From Octopus vulgaris (Eukaryota): 64,000 nt of DNA. Under the pieces are notes generated by a model. That model made no database searches. It had not been told where the DNA came from and saw only the letters and a list, made by a program, of their open reading frames with translations. The translations under genes and the position numbers were made by a program. Below are positions 9,078 through 20,978 of this stretch, in pieces; the stretch's first letter is position 1; each line of letters starts with the position of its first letter. The stretch lies in the NCBI GenBank assembly GCA_951406725.2, contig OX597814.1, positions 21,204,001-21,268,000 of the forward strand. Direction: 5' to 3'.

Positions 9078-11938
9078 TAGCGGCGCATTTCTCATCGTTA
9101 CCTGTGGTCGACATTCTGGTGAAGGGGAAGATATCGCGAGCCCTGGTGGACACGGGCTGTACGACGACCCTGATGACCACAGAAGTGGCAGAGATGTGGA
9201 GTGGAGGAAGCAGTGTTAGGGCAGTCGACGGAAGAGAAGTGCACTGCGAAGGGGTTACGGATGCGCAGATTGTGGTGCAGGGACTGCAGCTGACGTTGCG
9301 AGCGATTGTGGTCGGTCACTTGGTGGACGAGATCGACGTGGTGATGGGGATGGATGCGATCACCCGTCTGGGAGGTGTTACCGTCAACGAGGCTGGCGTA
9401 ACGTTTGGGCTAGCAGGGAAGCCGTGTAGGGCGAGACCACGCACCGACGACAACCGTGAGGAAATGGATGCGGCGCACACCATTGAAGACCAGGATTTTC
9501 GGGCTGTCTTTGATGGCGAGAGGTGGACAGTGGAGTGGCACTGGAAGGGAGAGCCCCCGATGTTAAAGAATAAAGTGGGCTGCTATCAGCATACTCTAAA
9601 AGGAGATGCCAGAAGTGAGTTCGAGGGGGAGGTGGAGCGGTGGATTAAGGAGGGCATACTGATCCCCTGGGAAAAAGAAGAGAGCGGAGTCCTGCCACTG
9701 ATGGCGGTGATACAGCCCACAAAGCGTAAGGTCAGGCCAGTGCTCGACTTCCGAGAGCTGAATGACCACGTGTCGTGTCATACAGGCGGCGAGGCCACGG
9801 ATGTCTGCGGAGACACCTTGCGAAAGTGGAGGCAGACGGCGGGGGCCTCCACGATTGTCGATTTAAAGTCGGCATACCTTCAGGTTCATGTGGCTGAGAA
9901 ACTATGGAGGTACCAGCTCGTCAGGTATAGGGGCCGGACGTACTGTCTGACCAGGTTGGGATTCGGGCTGAATTCAGCTCCGAAAATTATGGCAACAATT
10001 CTCAAGGCCGTCCTGGGGAAGGTGGACAGAGTAAAAAGGGCCACCAATTCATACATCGACGACATTCTGGTGGATGAAACCGTGATGCCAGCAACGGAGG
10101 TCATAGGCCACCTGAAGAGTTTTGGACTGATCGCCAAGCCGCTAGAGGCTATGGAGGGAGGTGCTGCACTGGGCCTCAAGCTATGGAGAGACAAAGCCGG
10201 CGCCTTGGTGTTCCGGCGAGGGAATGAGATCCCTGAACTGGGCGCCAGCATGAGTAGACGGGAGCTGTTCTCTGTGTGTGGGAAACTGGTGGGACACTAC
10301 CCGATTGCAGGCTGGCTCCGGACAGCATGCAGCTTCATCAAGAGACGAGCCGAAGGAGTGAAGTGGAATGATAAAGTGGGGGAGAGGACGATCGACATGA
10401 TGCAGGAAGTCCTGGTCAGAGTAGGAGCAGAGGACCCGGTGAGGGGCAGCTGGTATGTTCCCAAATCAAAGAGCGGGATCGTATGGTGTGACGCCAGTAG
10501 CATCGCAATAGGGGTCGTCTTGGAAGTGGGAGGTGTCACGGTGGAAGATGCAGCCTGGCTCAGGAAGATGGATGACTGCAGTCACATCAACGTGGCGGAG
10601 TTGGAAGCCGTGCTGAAGGGGGTGAACCTAGCCGTGAAGTGGGGGTTGCACACCATAGAAATCAGGACTGATTCAGCCACTGTACTTGGTTGGGCGACGG
10701 CAGTCATCACCGATGAGCGGAGGGTGCAGACCAAAGGGTCTGCAGAGATGCTGGTAAAGCGTCGATTGGGAATACTGCGTGAACTGACCACTGAGTTCAA
10801 TCTGAAGCTGAGCGTGATCTTTGTGCCTTCCGAGAAGAACAGGGCAGACGTCCTGACCAGGGTTAAGCGAGCCTGGTTGCAAGTGCCAGAGGATGCGAAG
10901 CAGGATGTAGCTGCAGTATGCCATCTGAGCGACTCGGAGTTGCGGAGACTGCACACCATGCATCACATGGGTGTGGACAGGACGTTGTTCCTGGCCAGAA
11001 AAGTCGACTCCGACGTAACAAGACAGAGCGTGCGGAGAGTGGTTAGCAGTTGTGACAGGTGCCAGTCCATCGACCCTGCTCCGGTCGTGCATGAAGCGGG
11101 AAGTATTCCAGTGGACCAGGACTGGAGACGACTGGCGGTGGACATAACACACTACCGGCAGGGGACATACCTCTCAATGGTTGACTGTGGACCGGGGCAG
11201 TTCGCCATATGGAGGGAGATGAGGTCAGGAACCGCAGAAGAAATTGCGAAAGTGCTGAACGAGATATTCCTGGAACGAGGCCCCGTGGATGAACTGCTTC
11301 TGGACAACGGCACTGCATTTCGCTCGGAGGCGCTGAGAGAAATGCTTGATGAGTGGAAGGTCAACCGCTTCTTCAGGGCGGCATACCGGCCAAGTGGAAA
11401 CGGGGTGGTGGAAAGGCATCATCGTACCATCAAGGCCATGGCAGAGAGGGGTCACATTTCACCAGTCGAGGCCGTGTTTTGGTACAACATGTCGCCCAGA
11501 TCAGGACAGGCCGAGGAGTCGGTGCCACACAGGGCAATATTCAGGTACGAGTGGAGGCATCTGTGTACTACATCAATGCGACCCAGGGCAGAGGAAGAGC
11601 ACGCCTTCGTGCAGGTCGGGGAGGAAGTCTGGGTAAAACCCCCAAACGCACGGTGTACATCGCAATGGGGAAAGGGGACAATAACCTCCGTAAATTCAAA
11701 GAATAACATCTCGGTCGATGGTATGCCACGCCACGTTTTGGACATACGGAGGATTGTCCATGCCCCGGAGGATGGGACAAGCAACAGTGGGCAAGACGAT
11801 AACAACAGACAGGATGACGAGGTCGGCAACAACACGCCAGAAACAAGTCCTAGGGTCGCACTGCGACCACAGAGGGAGCGGCACCCTCCTCCCTGGTTGG
11901 CTGACTATGAAACCAGTTTCAGGTGCGGGAGTGAGTGA
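8978..11938 (+). CDS. pol: Pol polyprotein (aspartic protease, RT, RNase H, integrase), likely entered by frameshift near 9032
   Basis: ALVDTGC (PR); LDFRELN and YIDDILV (RT); WCDASS, AELEAV, IRTDS, RADVLTR (RNase H); HHMG..CDRC and AVDI, LDNG, NGVVER (integrase). No stop codons. Confidence 0.95.
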   Translation: MLPVLRAGACGQRVSAGKRTAGDYCAGSCPFGLVAAHFSSLPVVDILVKGKISRALVDTGCTTTLMTTEVAEMWSGGSSVRAVDGREVHCEGVTDAQIVVQGLQLTLRAIVVGHLVDEIDVVMGMDAITRLGGVTVNEAGVTFGLAGKPCRARPRTDDNREEMDAAHTIEDQDFRAVFDGERWTVEWHWKGEPPMLKNKVGCYQHTLKGDARSEFEGEVERWIKEGILIPWEKEESGVLPLMAVIQPTKRKVRPVLDFRELNDHVSCHTGGEATDVCGDTLRKWRQTAGASTIVDLKSAYLQVHVAEKLWRYQLVRYRGRTYCLTRLGFGLNSAPKIMATILKAVLGKVDRVKRATNSYIDDILVDETVMPATEVIGHLKSFGLIAKPLEAMEGGAALGLKLWRDKAGALVFRRGNEIPELGASMSRRELFSVCGKLVGHYPIAGWLRTACSFIKRRAEGVKWNDKVGERTIDMMQEVLVRVGAEDPVRGSWYVPKSKSGIVWCDASSIAIGVVLEVGGVTVEDAAWLRKMDDCSHINVAELEAVLKGVNLAVKWGLHTIEIRTDSATVLGWATAVITDERRVQTKGSAEMLVKRRLGILRELTTEFNLKLSVIFVPSEKNRADVLTRVKRAWLQVPEDAKQDVAAVCHLSDSELRRLHTMHHMGVDRTLFLARKVDSDVTRQSVRRVVSSCDRCQSIDPAPVVHEAGSIPVDQDWRRLAVDITHYRQGTYLSMVDCGPGQFAIWREMRSGTAEEIAKVLNEIFLERGPVDELLLDNGTAFRSEALREMLDEWKVNRFFRAAYRPSGNGVVERHHRTIKAMAERGHISPVEAVFWYNMSPRSGQAEESVPHRAIFRYEWRHLCTTSMRPRAEEEHAFVQVGEEVWVKPPNARCTSQWGKGTITSVNSKNNISVDGMPRHVLDIRRIVHAPEDGTSNSGQDDNNRQDDEVGNNTPETSPRVALRPQRERHPPPWLADYETSFRCGSE
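9026..9067 (+). promoter_or_regulatory. -1 programmed ribosomal frameshift signal
   Basis: Slippery heptamer G GGA AAC (9026-9032) in the gag frame; pol is in the -1 frame; stem-loop gggagactact-gcgcc-ggtagttgtccc begins ~7 nt downstream. Confidence 0.8.
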
Positions 11939-11960
11939 GGAAGCCGGTTCAGTGATCTAT

Positions 11961-11972
11961 AGATCAGGGGGG
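11961..11972 (+). promoter_or_regulatory. Polypurine tract
   Basis: AGATCAGGGGGG immediately before the 3' LTR. Confidence 0.75.
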
Positions 11973-12247
11973 TGTGGTGTGGTGTTGAAGGAGTGTGACG
12001 GAGCGGGAGGGAGCGGAAGTGGGTCTTGCAGGTCTTGCAGGGCGCATGCGCCGGCGGAAGCGGAAGTGACAGAGAGAATGCACGTGCGGCATTGACCAGG
12101 CCAGAGGGACCTGAGAATGACGCCAAGACGACAAGATGCTAGCAAGTTGGCTGAAGGCGAATCCGACTTCATCTCCTCAGGTAAGACCAAATTACACTTC
12201 TAATTCTTTCCTTGTTCTGTTATGCTCCTTTCACCACACTTATTACA
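11973..12247 (+). repeat. 3' LTR
   Basis: Direct repeat of 7992-8266. Confidence 0.97.
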
Positions 12248-13139
12248 GATATGAAGTTTAAGGAAGTAGGTAAAACAGATTCAACATGTTTATGATAAAT
12301 GTGTCCTCTTATTTTTATTTTCTTATTTTAACAGCAAATCTATGGTTCAGACATTAAAAAGGAAAAAAGGAAAAAGAAGAAATGTGAACATAAATGCTAT
12401 TGCATGGTGATTGTTCCTTCATAGAATTTAATGTTGTATTCTCTAATTGCTCACCTTATGCCACTAAGTCATAACACAGACACACACACACATACACAAA
12501 CCAGGCATTCAATAGAGTTCCGTTATTTAGTAAGGTTGAAGTTTCAATGTGTCATTCTGCAGGAATATTCATATATAATTATCAAGTAAAACTTACTAGT
12601 AACACCACTAATTGATTGGTTGAGTTTTATCTTGTTATTATAAACACAAATATAAACTAACACATTGATTCTCAACCTAACAAATACCAGGTTTCTTACT
12701 CCTCCACCGTCCCAAAATATCAGTGAAATTTTCAGCAGTCCCTGGCCCACCATCGCTATGTATTAATGTAAAGATAAAACAGAGTTTGCATTTGTATAAT
12801 TTTTCTTTCTTTGCCATTGTGTTGTAAAAATTAGAAAATTTAAAAACATCTTAATTTTATTAAACATGGCAATTTGTTAGTCCCCTTTTCAATTTTCCTT
12901 CACAGACTCCCTTTCAATCTGCTTTCTCTTCAATCCCCAATGAAAACAGTGAAATATCATGACACTACACCAATTCTTCTTTTACCTCACTTTCTCTAGA
13001 CTCAGACTTATATAAGTCAGCAAAGAAGCCTCAATAGGAAAAGACCCATCCAACTAAATAGAATGGGTCATCTCAAGGACTGCAAATCACTAATTGTCTT
13101 GGTCCCTTGAAATCTCCTCTATGAAGCTCAACTTCTTTA

Positions 13140-13280
13140 GATCATTCATCATTACTTTGTCCCATATCTTCCTGGGTCTTCCTCTTCCACAGGTTCTCTC
13201 CACATTTAGAGATCAGCACTTCTTTATGCAGATGCCTTCATCTGTGTGCATCACATGACCATATCAGCACAGTCACTCAA
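13140..13280 (-). mobile_element. Short RTE LINE fragment
   Basis: Reverse complement encodes an RGRPRKxW-like C-terminal RTE motif (ggaagaggaagacccaggaagatatggg). Confidence 0.65.
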
Positions 13281-14295
13281 AATGAAAATCTTAAGGTATT
13301 TTATCAAATTATAATTATTTTTGAAGATCCAACTCTGTATTGAAGAACCAGTGTATGTAGATCAGCTAGTACAGAGGAGATGTAATCGAAATTAATAGAA
13401 GGGTTCCAATAGTTAGTATTTTCTCTTTCTTTGCTAGCCAACATATTTGAGACATTTATAAGGTCAACCGTGGAAGACATGATAAATTATACAGCAAATT
13501 TGAATGGGTGGACCTATTCACTATAAATCCTGATCTTATTTTAAACCAAATCTAAAAACACAAAGCTTAAATGCTATGACATTATGTGAATTCACTAATA
13601 TATAGAATTGTTACATAAACAACTAAAATGTCCAAGTTAAATATTATCTTCTGATATCTCCTGATACCCAACCTTAGTATAATGTAAATTTATATTTGTG
13701 TTCTAACATTGAAAATGTGATTCTGTTAACTTAAATTTATTATTTGTGCTGTAGTTTTGCTTTTGGCCTAAGGTTAAAATAAAAACTGCACATTATAAAA
13801 TGTTTCTTATTTAAGAATCCTGATTTAAATTAATGAGGATGGTTAACATTGCAGTGTCTGAAAGATTTTAGTAGTAACCTGGTTCATTCGACCGAATGAG
13901 GGAAAGCTCAATTATTGTATGATGAGTTAGAGAAATAGAATAGCATATCTCTAACAAAAATGGAATAGCAAATCTCTAGCAAAAATGAAGCCTGCCCATT
14001 TACCATTGCTATTCAATTTGATAACTGTAATTTGTTTAATTTAAAGAGTTGGAAATCTGAGTGTGGCCTCCATCAGCCAAGGTTGGTCATGCATCTGCAC
14101 ATGTATGTACATGGCTGGATAAGATTTTTTGAGGAAGACTAGCAGTGGCCCATACATGTAAGTCTTACCTTTCAGTACTACTAATATTTATCTAAGGGAA
14201 ATGACACCAGCTTGGGCTGAAACAGCCTGGCACCAGTATCACTGCATATATGAATAAATATAAATATATAAAAATTATATAAATAAATATGTAAA

Positions 14296-15782
14296 TCATC
14301 ATCATCAGCATCATTTAATGCTTGTTTTCCATGCTGGCATAGGTTGGATGGTTTGACTGGGGACTGGCAAGCCAGGAGGTCACACTAGGCTCCAATCTCA
14401 GTTGGTAATGTTTCTACAGCTGGATGCCCTTCCTAACGCCAACTACTCTAAGAGTGTAGTGGGTACTTTTTACATGCCACCAGCATGGGAGCCAGTCAGC
14501 GGCACTAGTATTGGCTACATTCAGATGGTGTTTTTTATGTCCCACCAACACAGGAGCCAGTCGGGGCAGGGCCTGGCACTGACCATGTTCGGATAGTGTT
14601 TTTTATGTACCACTGGCACAGGGAGCCAGTCAAGCAGATCTGGCAATAACACATGCATGCATGGTGCTTATTGCATGCCACCAGCACAGGATCCAGTCAG
14701 GTGGCACTGGTATCAGCCACAACTACAATTGCCATTTGATTGTGATTTTATTTGATTTGATTTTGATTTTGGTTTTGATTTACTTGACTCAATAGGTCTC
14801 AAGTAGGGCAGGTCACCTGATGATTCAAAGGTACTTTTTTAAGTGGGCTGGTTATGTGATACTGGTGTAGGCTATGGCTGTGATCTCACTTTACTTGCGG
14901 GTCTTCTCAATCATAGCATATCTCCAGAGGTCTCAGTCTTTCGTCATTACCTCTGTGAGGCCCAACATTTGAAAGGTCATGCTTCACCACCTCATCCCAT
15001 GTCTTCCTGGGTCTACCTCTTCCATAGGTTCCTTCCACTGTTAGGGAGTGACACTTCTTCACACAGCTCTCCTCACCCATATGTAGCACATGACCATACC
15101 AGTGCAGTTGTCAATCTTGCACACCACATCTGATGCTTCTTAATTCCAACATTTCTCTCAGGGCACTTACCCTGTCGTGTGGGCATACTGACATTACACA
15201 TCTAGCGGATCATACTAGCTTCATTTCTTTCGAGCTTACACATGTCTTCAGCTGTCACAGCCCATGTTTCACTGCTGCGTAGCATGGCAGTTCAAACACA
15301 TGCATCATACAATCTACTTTTCACTCTGAGCGAGTCACCAGCAGAGGTAGGAGCTTTCTGAACTTTGACCAGGCTATTCTTATTCTAGTGGCAATGCTTT
15401 CTGAGCATCCACCCTCACTACAGCTTTGGTCACCAAGGTAGTGGAAGCTATCAACTACTTCTAGTTTCTCCCCCTGGAATGTGATGGAATCAGTTCTGAA
15501 CATCTGCAGTGTTTATTGCCCCTGTGCATCTGCCATACACAAAAGCCATCTTCCCAGTTAGCCTTCCTTTGATGTTACTGCACCTCTTATGCATCCATAG
15601 CTTACACTGGGTACATCTTATGGAGTTTCTACCTACACCTTTTCTACAGATCAAACAGGGCCATCTACCTGAAAGGGTTTGTGATGTGTTCACCTTCCTA
15701 CTTACTAGGACTTTGGTTTTTGCAACATTGATTCTAAAACCCTTCGATTCTAAACCTTGCTTCCACACCTGAAATTTCTTCT
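14296..15782 (-). mobile_element. 5'-truncated decayed RTE LINE
   Basis: ORF pieces WKQGLESKG..WPCLICRKGVGRNSIRC, LEVVDSFHYLG and RGRPRKTWDEVV, then 3' UTR repeats and a (GAT)n tail; same family as 59568-61382. Confidence 0.9.
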
Positions 15783-17517
15783 ATAGTATTGTTAAATATT
15801 AAATATAAATAAATATGACTTAAATTAAGAACTGGGGGTCAATCTGTTTAGCTAAAGCCTTCAAGGTAGAATCCCAGCTGAGCTTCAGTCTAATGACTGA
15901 AATGAGTAAAAGATGAAGATAAAAGATAAATTCCTTACTTTACTATTAAAATATAGAAGACATCAATATGATTCTAACCAATCTTAAATGGTTTTTTATC
16001 TCCGTATTTCAACAACAATTAGTGGAACATCAATAGTTTTTCTGCACTCACAAGCATTTGTATAAATTTGTCTGTTTTTACTGAGGGGCTACACTAATTT
16101 TCTATGTATTGTTCCAGTTTTATTACATGTGTACTGCCAAAAATTTATACATTTTTGGACGCTGGCCAAATTCTTTAGACACATGAAATTATTATTAAAA
16201 AAGAAATTTTAAAACCTTATGTAACTTCTTCAAGGACCGTGAATCAATATGATGGTAAACTTAACTATTCAACAAACAGATATTGATCAAATGACTAAAA
16301 TTCTTGATGATAGAAGCCAAAAAAAGGAGATATATGTGAACAACAACATAATGTCTATGATGATAAATTTTCTGTGAGAAATGTGGAGAAGTAATCACCT
16401 ACATATATATATTTATATATATATCATTCAACTATGGTAGTAGTTGAATAATATTCTTAAGGCCACATGCAGAATCTTTTAGAGATTGTCACTAATTCAG
16501 TTCTTAACCAAATTGAAATCTCTTAACAGTTTTGAAGAGGACTGGTCCTTAGCTACATTTTGGCATAAAAAATTGAAATTTGATCTGGTAGAAAAAAGTT
16601 TACATCAAAATTTGTAGCAATGTTATAAGAGAGGAAGTAACACCACCAATCAAGTTTAGATCTAAATAACTTTTTTATTTTAAAACCAAAATATATTTCC
16701 CTTAGTTTCAATGATAGAAGAAAGCATGAAGAATTTCATAATTTTGGTCCAATGCAACAAAAATTTGTATCAAAAAAGTTGTGAGGTAAAACATCATAAG
16801 AAAATATATGTAAGGCAAAAAACTGGATTTAAGTATAATCAACTTTTTCATTTTAAAAACAAACTATATTTTAATAGAGCTCAATTCTAGGAATTTCATG
16901 GTATCAATCTCATGTACTGAGGTTTTAAAAGAAAAATGTTATGAGTGTTTGTTTCTCAAATTTGAGGGTGATAATATAGTTCTATACTTTTTTATGAATA
17001 TAGCTCCATAAGGGGACTTTTAATATGTCACTGGTGTCATTGAGGTAAGGAAAAATTTATCAAACTGAAAATGGCTCTGAAAATATGGTAAATATTTCAT
17101 AAAAGACCCGTTCATAACTTCGGTGTGAAATAATTTTTTCCATAGGATTTTTTTGAGTGCATTCAACCCATCTCACCGCCAAAGGTTTAGCTGCTATTTC
17201 TAGCACGCCTTGGTACCATGTAACAGCTATTTGCAATAAAGGATCCAAAATAGCTGTTACATGGTAGCAGGGCGTGCAAGAAATAGCAGCCAGATCTTAC
17301 CTTTTTGTGGAAAGGTGCCGTTTACGTGTGATTTCAATGTCACATTCGAAAATAGCCAAGCCAGCATATAATGGGAAAAATGCTTTGAAAGTAATGTACC
17401 ACTGAAATGTGAATACACAACAAAAGTTTTGCATAAATTGGACCGTGGATTTCTGAGATACATGGTTTTTTTGGGTACCTTGAACTATTGGTGACCCAAC
17501 ATGTCACAAGTAGTCTA

Positions 17518-17561
<44 letters not shown>

Positions 17562-17659
17562 GAAAAATAGGATAAAATATTTATAAGAATTTATCAAGTA
17601 GTTAGCGTGAAAAACCTCATAAGGGAAAAATTTAAGTATTCCTTTTAAATATATTTATT

Positions 17660-17800
17660 TATATTAAGGGCATTACTATACATAAATGCCTCAGGCTAGG
17701 AGGGACTCTTAAAGTCAAAACTAACATAATAAACATTATTATAGTAGTTTTGACTTTAAGAGTCCCGCCTAGCGTGATGCCTTTATGTATAGTAATGCCC

Positions 17801-17808
<8 letters not shown>
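17660..17808. repeat. Fold-back palindrome (~65-bp arms) abutting (TA)n
   Basis: atattaagggcattactatacataaa..cttaaagtcaaaacta pairs with tagttttgactttaag..tttatgtatagtaatgcccttaatat. Confidence 0.85.
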
Positions 17809-17862
<54 letters not shown>

Positions 17863-18221
17863 CATAATTACTGACACTATCATCATCATTTAACATCCAT
17901 TTTCCATGATGCTGCTGATGTCAATAGTCATCATCACACACACACACACACATGACCTTGATGTGTGAAATTGGTTGACTGAGCAAAGCATGATAAATCT
18001 AGATTACTAGTTAAAAGTTATACTGAGCTAGATTTCAACCCTCCTCCTCATCATCGTCGTCATCACCACCACCACCGTCGTCATCATTTTATGTCTGGCA
18101 TGAGTTGGGTAGTTGACTAAGTACAACCATTTATATCTTCCATCAAAACCTGTGGTTTTGTGCATATGTTAGAATTCAGTAATTTATTTATATATTTTTT
18201 TTTAAACAAATTATTGCTTAC

Positions 18222-18618
18222 AGGCATAAACATGGCTGTGTGGTGAAGAAGTTCATTTCCAAACATGTAGTTTTGAGTTCAATTCCACAATGTTGCACCT
18301 TGGGTAAATGCTTTCTACTATAGCTCTAGGTTGATCACACCTTTGAGAGTAGGTTTGGTAGACAGAAACTGAAAGGAAGGGCTTAAGCACCAACTGATCG
18401 TGGCCATTGCCAGCCTCGCCTGGCACCTGTGCCGGTGGCACATAAAAAGCACCCACTACACTCATGGAGTGGTTGGCATTAGGAAGGGCATCCAGCCGTA
18501 GAAACACTGCCAGATCAGATTGGATCCTGGTGCAGCCTCCCAGCTTCCCAGATCCCGGTCGAACCGTCCAACCCATGCTAGCATGGAAAACGGACATTAA
18601 ACGATGATGATGATGATG
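18222..18618 (+). mobile_element. SINE family B head joined to an RTE 3' end
   Basis: SINE head to ~18380, then RTE 3' UTR (gttggcattaggaagggcatccagcc..gcatggaaaacggacattaaac) and (GAT)n. Confidence 0.75.
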
Positions 18619-19457
18619 AAATATTTGCATACATCTGCATATGCACGTAAATATTACAATCGCGTTTTCTGCAGTATTTGCATTACAATTACAAAAATTT
18701 GCATTTCTTATTTAAACTGTTCAATTTCTCATGCTCTTTCACCTTCTTTTTGTTTCTCTCTTTCTCTGCAACCCCCCACATCACACTGGCTATATAGTTT
18801 CTCTTTTGTCTGTAAACAAACAGTTCATTCATATGGTGTCATTTATTTCCACCATGCCCAGGCTGCTTCTTGTTAAATAAACTGAGAGATTATTATCACA
18901 TTTGGAAACAGGTTGGAGTTGGTATCAGGAAGGGCATCCGAATGTGCACAACTTTGCTCCAACATATGCTCATCTGACCCATGCAAGCATAAAAAAGTTG
19001 ACATTAAAACAGTGATAATGATGATGGTAATGATGATGATGATGATGATGATGATGATGTAGCTTAGACATCTACAAATGCTCGTAAATATTACAATGAT
19101 GTTCACTGTAATATTTGCATTTCTTATTTAAACTGTTCAACTTCTCACACATTTTCACTTACTTTTTTTTTAACTTTATCTGCCTCCACCCCCACCCCAA
19201 CACAATCTTCATATTTTCTCATTTGTCTCTCCCTGAACTGTGAGGTCAAGATATTGCTCATTGATTAGCAAATAGCCCCATTGTTTTGTTACATGCAATT
19301 CTTTATTCTATGAAATAAGTACAATAATATATCAGACAACAGACTCTATCTCTATTCTTGCAGCGTTCAACCAATCATTATAACTTTTCCCTCCACTTAC
19401 AACTGACCATATAAGGAGTTACAAACAGTATTAATTTGAACCATCAAGAGAGCCTCT

Positions 19458-19865
19458 ATCATCATCATCATCGTTTAGCATCCGCTTTCCATGCTAGCAT
19501 GGGTTGGACGGTTCAACTGGGGTCTGGAAGGCCAGAAGGCTTCACCAGGCCCAGTCAGATCTGGCAATGTTTCTACGGCTGGATGCCCTTCCTAACGCCA
19601 ACCACTCTGTGAGTGTAGTGGGTGCTTTTACATGCCAGACGAGGCTGGCAAACGGCCACGATCGGATGGTGCTTTTTACATGCCACCGGCACGGGGGCCA
19701 GGCGAGGCTGGCAATGGCCACGATCGGATGTGCTTTTTACGTGTCACCAGCACAAGGCCACTCGGGGCGGCGCTGGCAACGGCCACGTTCGGATGGTTCT
19801 CTTACGTACCACTGGCACTGGTATCACAGCAACAAATTCCATTGATGTTGATCGATTTCGATTTG
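19458..19865 (-). mobile_element. RTE 3' UTR fragment
   Basis: (ATC)n tail plus ggatgcccttcctaacgccaaccac and tandem ~58-bp units. Confidence 0.8.
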
Positions 19866-20136
19866 GCGGATTTTACCAATTATTTTCATGTTTTGATTAG
19901 AGCTGCGGATTTTTGGGAGTGTATCTCGTTCATCCATACTGGTTTCTTTAATTTTCAGCCATTCAATCATGATTTGATTTTTTAGCTCATGTAGTTCTGT
20001 TGGGTCAATATTTGTGTTACTTTCTTCATCTATTTGATGTTCATTTGTCTTAGTGTTTATGATGGGTTCAGGGAGTATTTCACTTTGCCTATGACTTATA
20101 CTACCTCTTTCAATCCTTAGTGCGTTTTTTCTGCAT

Positions 20137-20243
20137 CTTCTTCTTCTTCTTCTTCTCCACCACCACCACCACCACCACCACCACCACCACCACCTTCTTC
20201 TTTTTCTTCTTCTTCTTCTTCTTCTTCTTCTCATTATTATTAT
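20137..20243. repeat. Compound (CTT)n(CAC)n(CTT)n(TTA)n microsatellite
   Basis: Direct reading. Confidence 0.9.
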
Positions 20244-20941
20244 TGAGTGAGAGAGCAGTGCATGCCATCAAAGTGACACTGGGATAAAATATACGAAGCC
20301 CAGTATACACATCATGACTACCCGTCTGATAAGGGTACACTAGGGACATTCATCACAACCATATGTGTGTGACATGATGATCTCATAACAAGATAAACAG
20401 CACATGACCTTGCAGGTGGGGCCCAGTTAGAATTTTCCTCTGGTTGAGTAATCCATCCCACTCAGTGGTTGTTTTATTGAACCAGCTTGAAAGAGTAACC
20501 AAATCTCCTTTGTTGCATTTTATTATGTTAAATATAGAGAGGATACATTGAATAATGTAAACCAATACAATCCTAAAAGACTGGTTATGGTTGAATGCCT
20601 TCAGCCATGAGGTGTACCTGATTGGTGTTGACCTAGATCAAACAACAACAGCAAATCATTCTGCCCTCAAATTTTTAACTGAAATTACAAAAAAAACTAT
20701 GGTGTAAATTAGAAACTACAAAGCAAACTTACTTAACACCACCCTCTCTCTTGTTCACTCTCCAGGTTACACTGTAAACCATGTATGTATATCTATCTCT
20801 CTCTCTCTATATATAATTTAAATAATGAGGGTGATAAATTGAATATTAATTTAATCAACATCAATTTAAAACCAGTAGCCTAGCATATAGAAAAATCTGA
20901 AAATTCAGAAAAATTGTATTACATCCCTTCTTATGCACATG

Positions 20942-20969
<28 letters not shown>

Positions 20970-20978
<9 letters not shown>

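Larger units (their letters stand above)
7992..12247 (+). mobile_element. Full-length Ty3/Gypsy LTR retrotransposon
   Basis: TG...CA LTRs of 275 bp, 5-bp TSD GATAT (7987-7991, 12248-12252), gag plus pol in PR-RT-RH-IN order, PPT before the 3' LTR. Confidence 0.97.

Noticed and set aside
8219-12190. Antisense and alternative-frame ORFs over the Gypsy element
   Set aside because: Expected shadows of GC-rich coding sequence; no recognisable motifs.
14169-14241. Minus-strand AG..GTAAG-bounded exon candidate
   Set aside because: Stop codons in all three frames.
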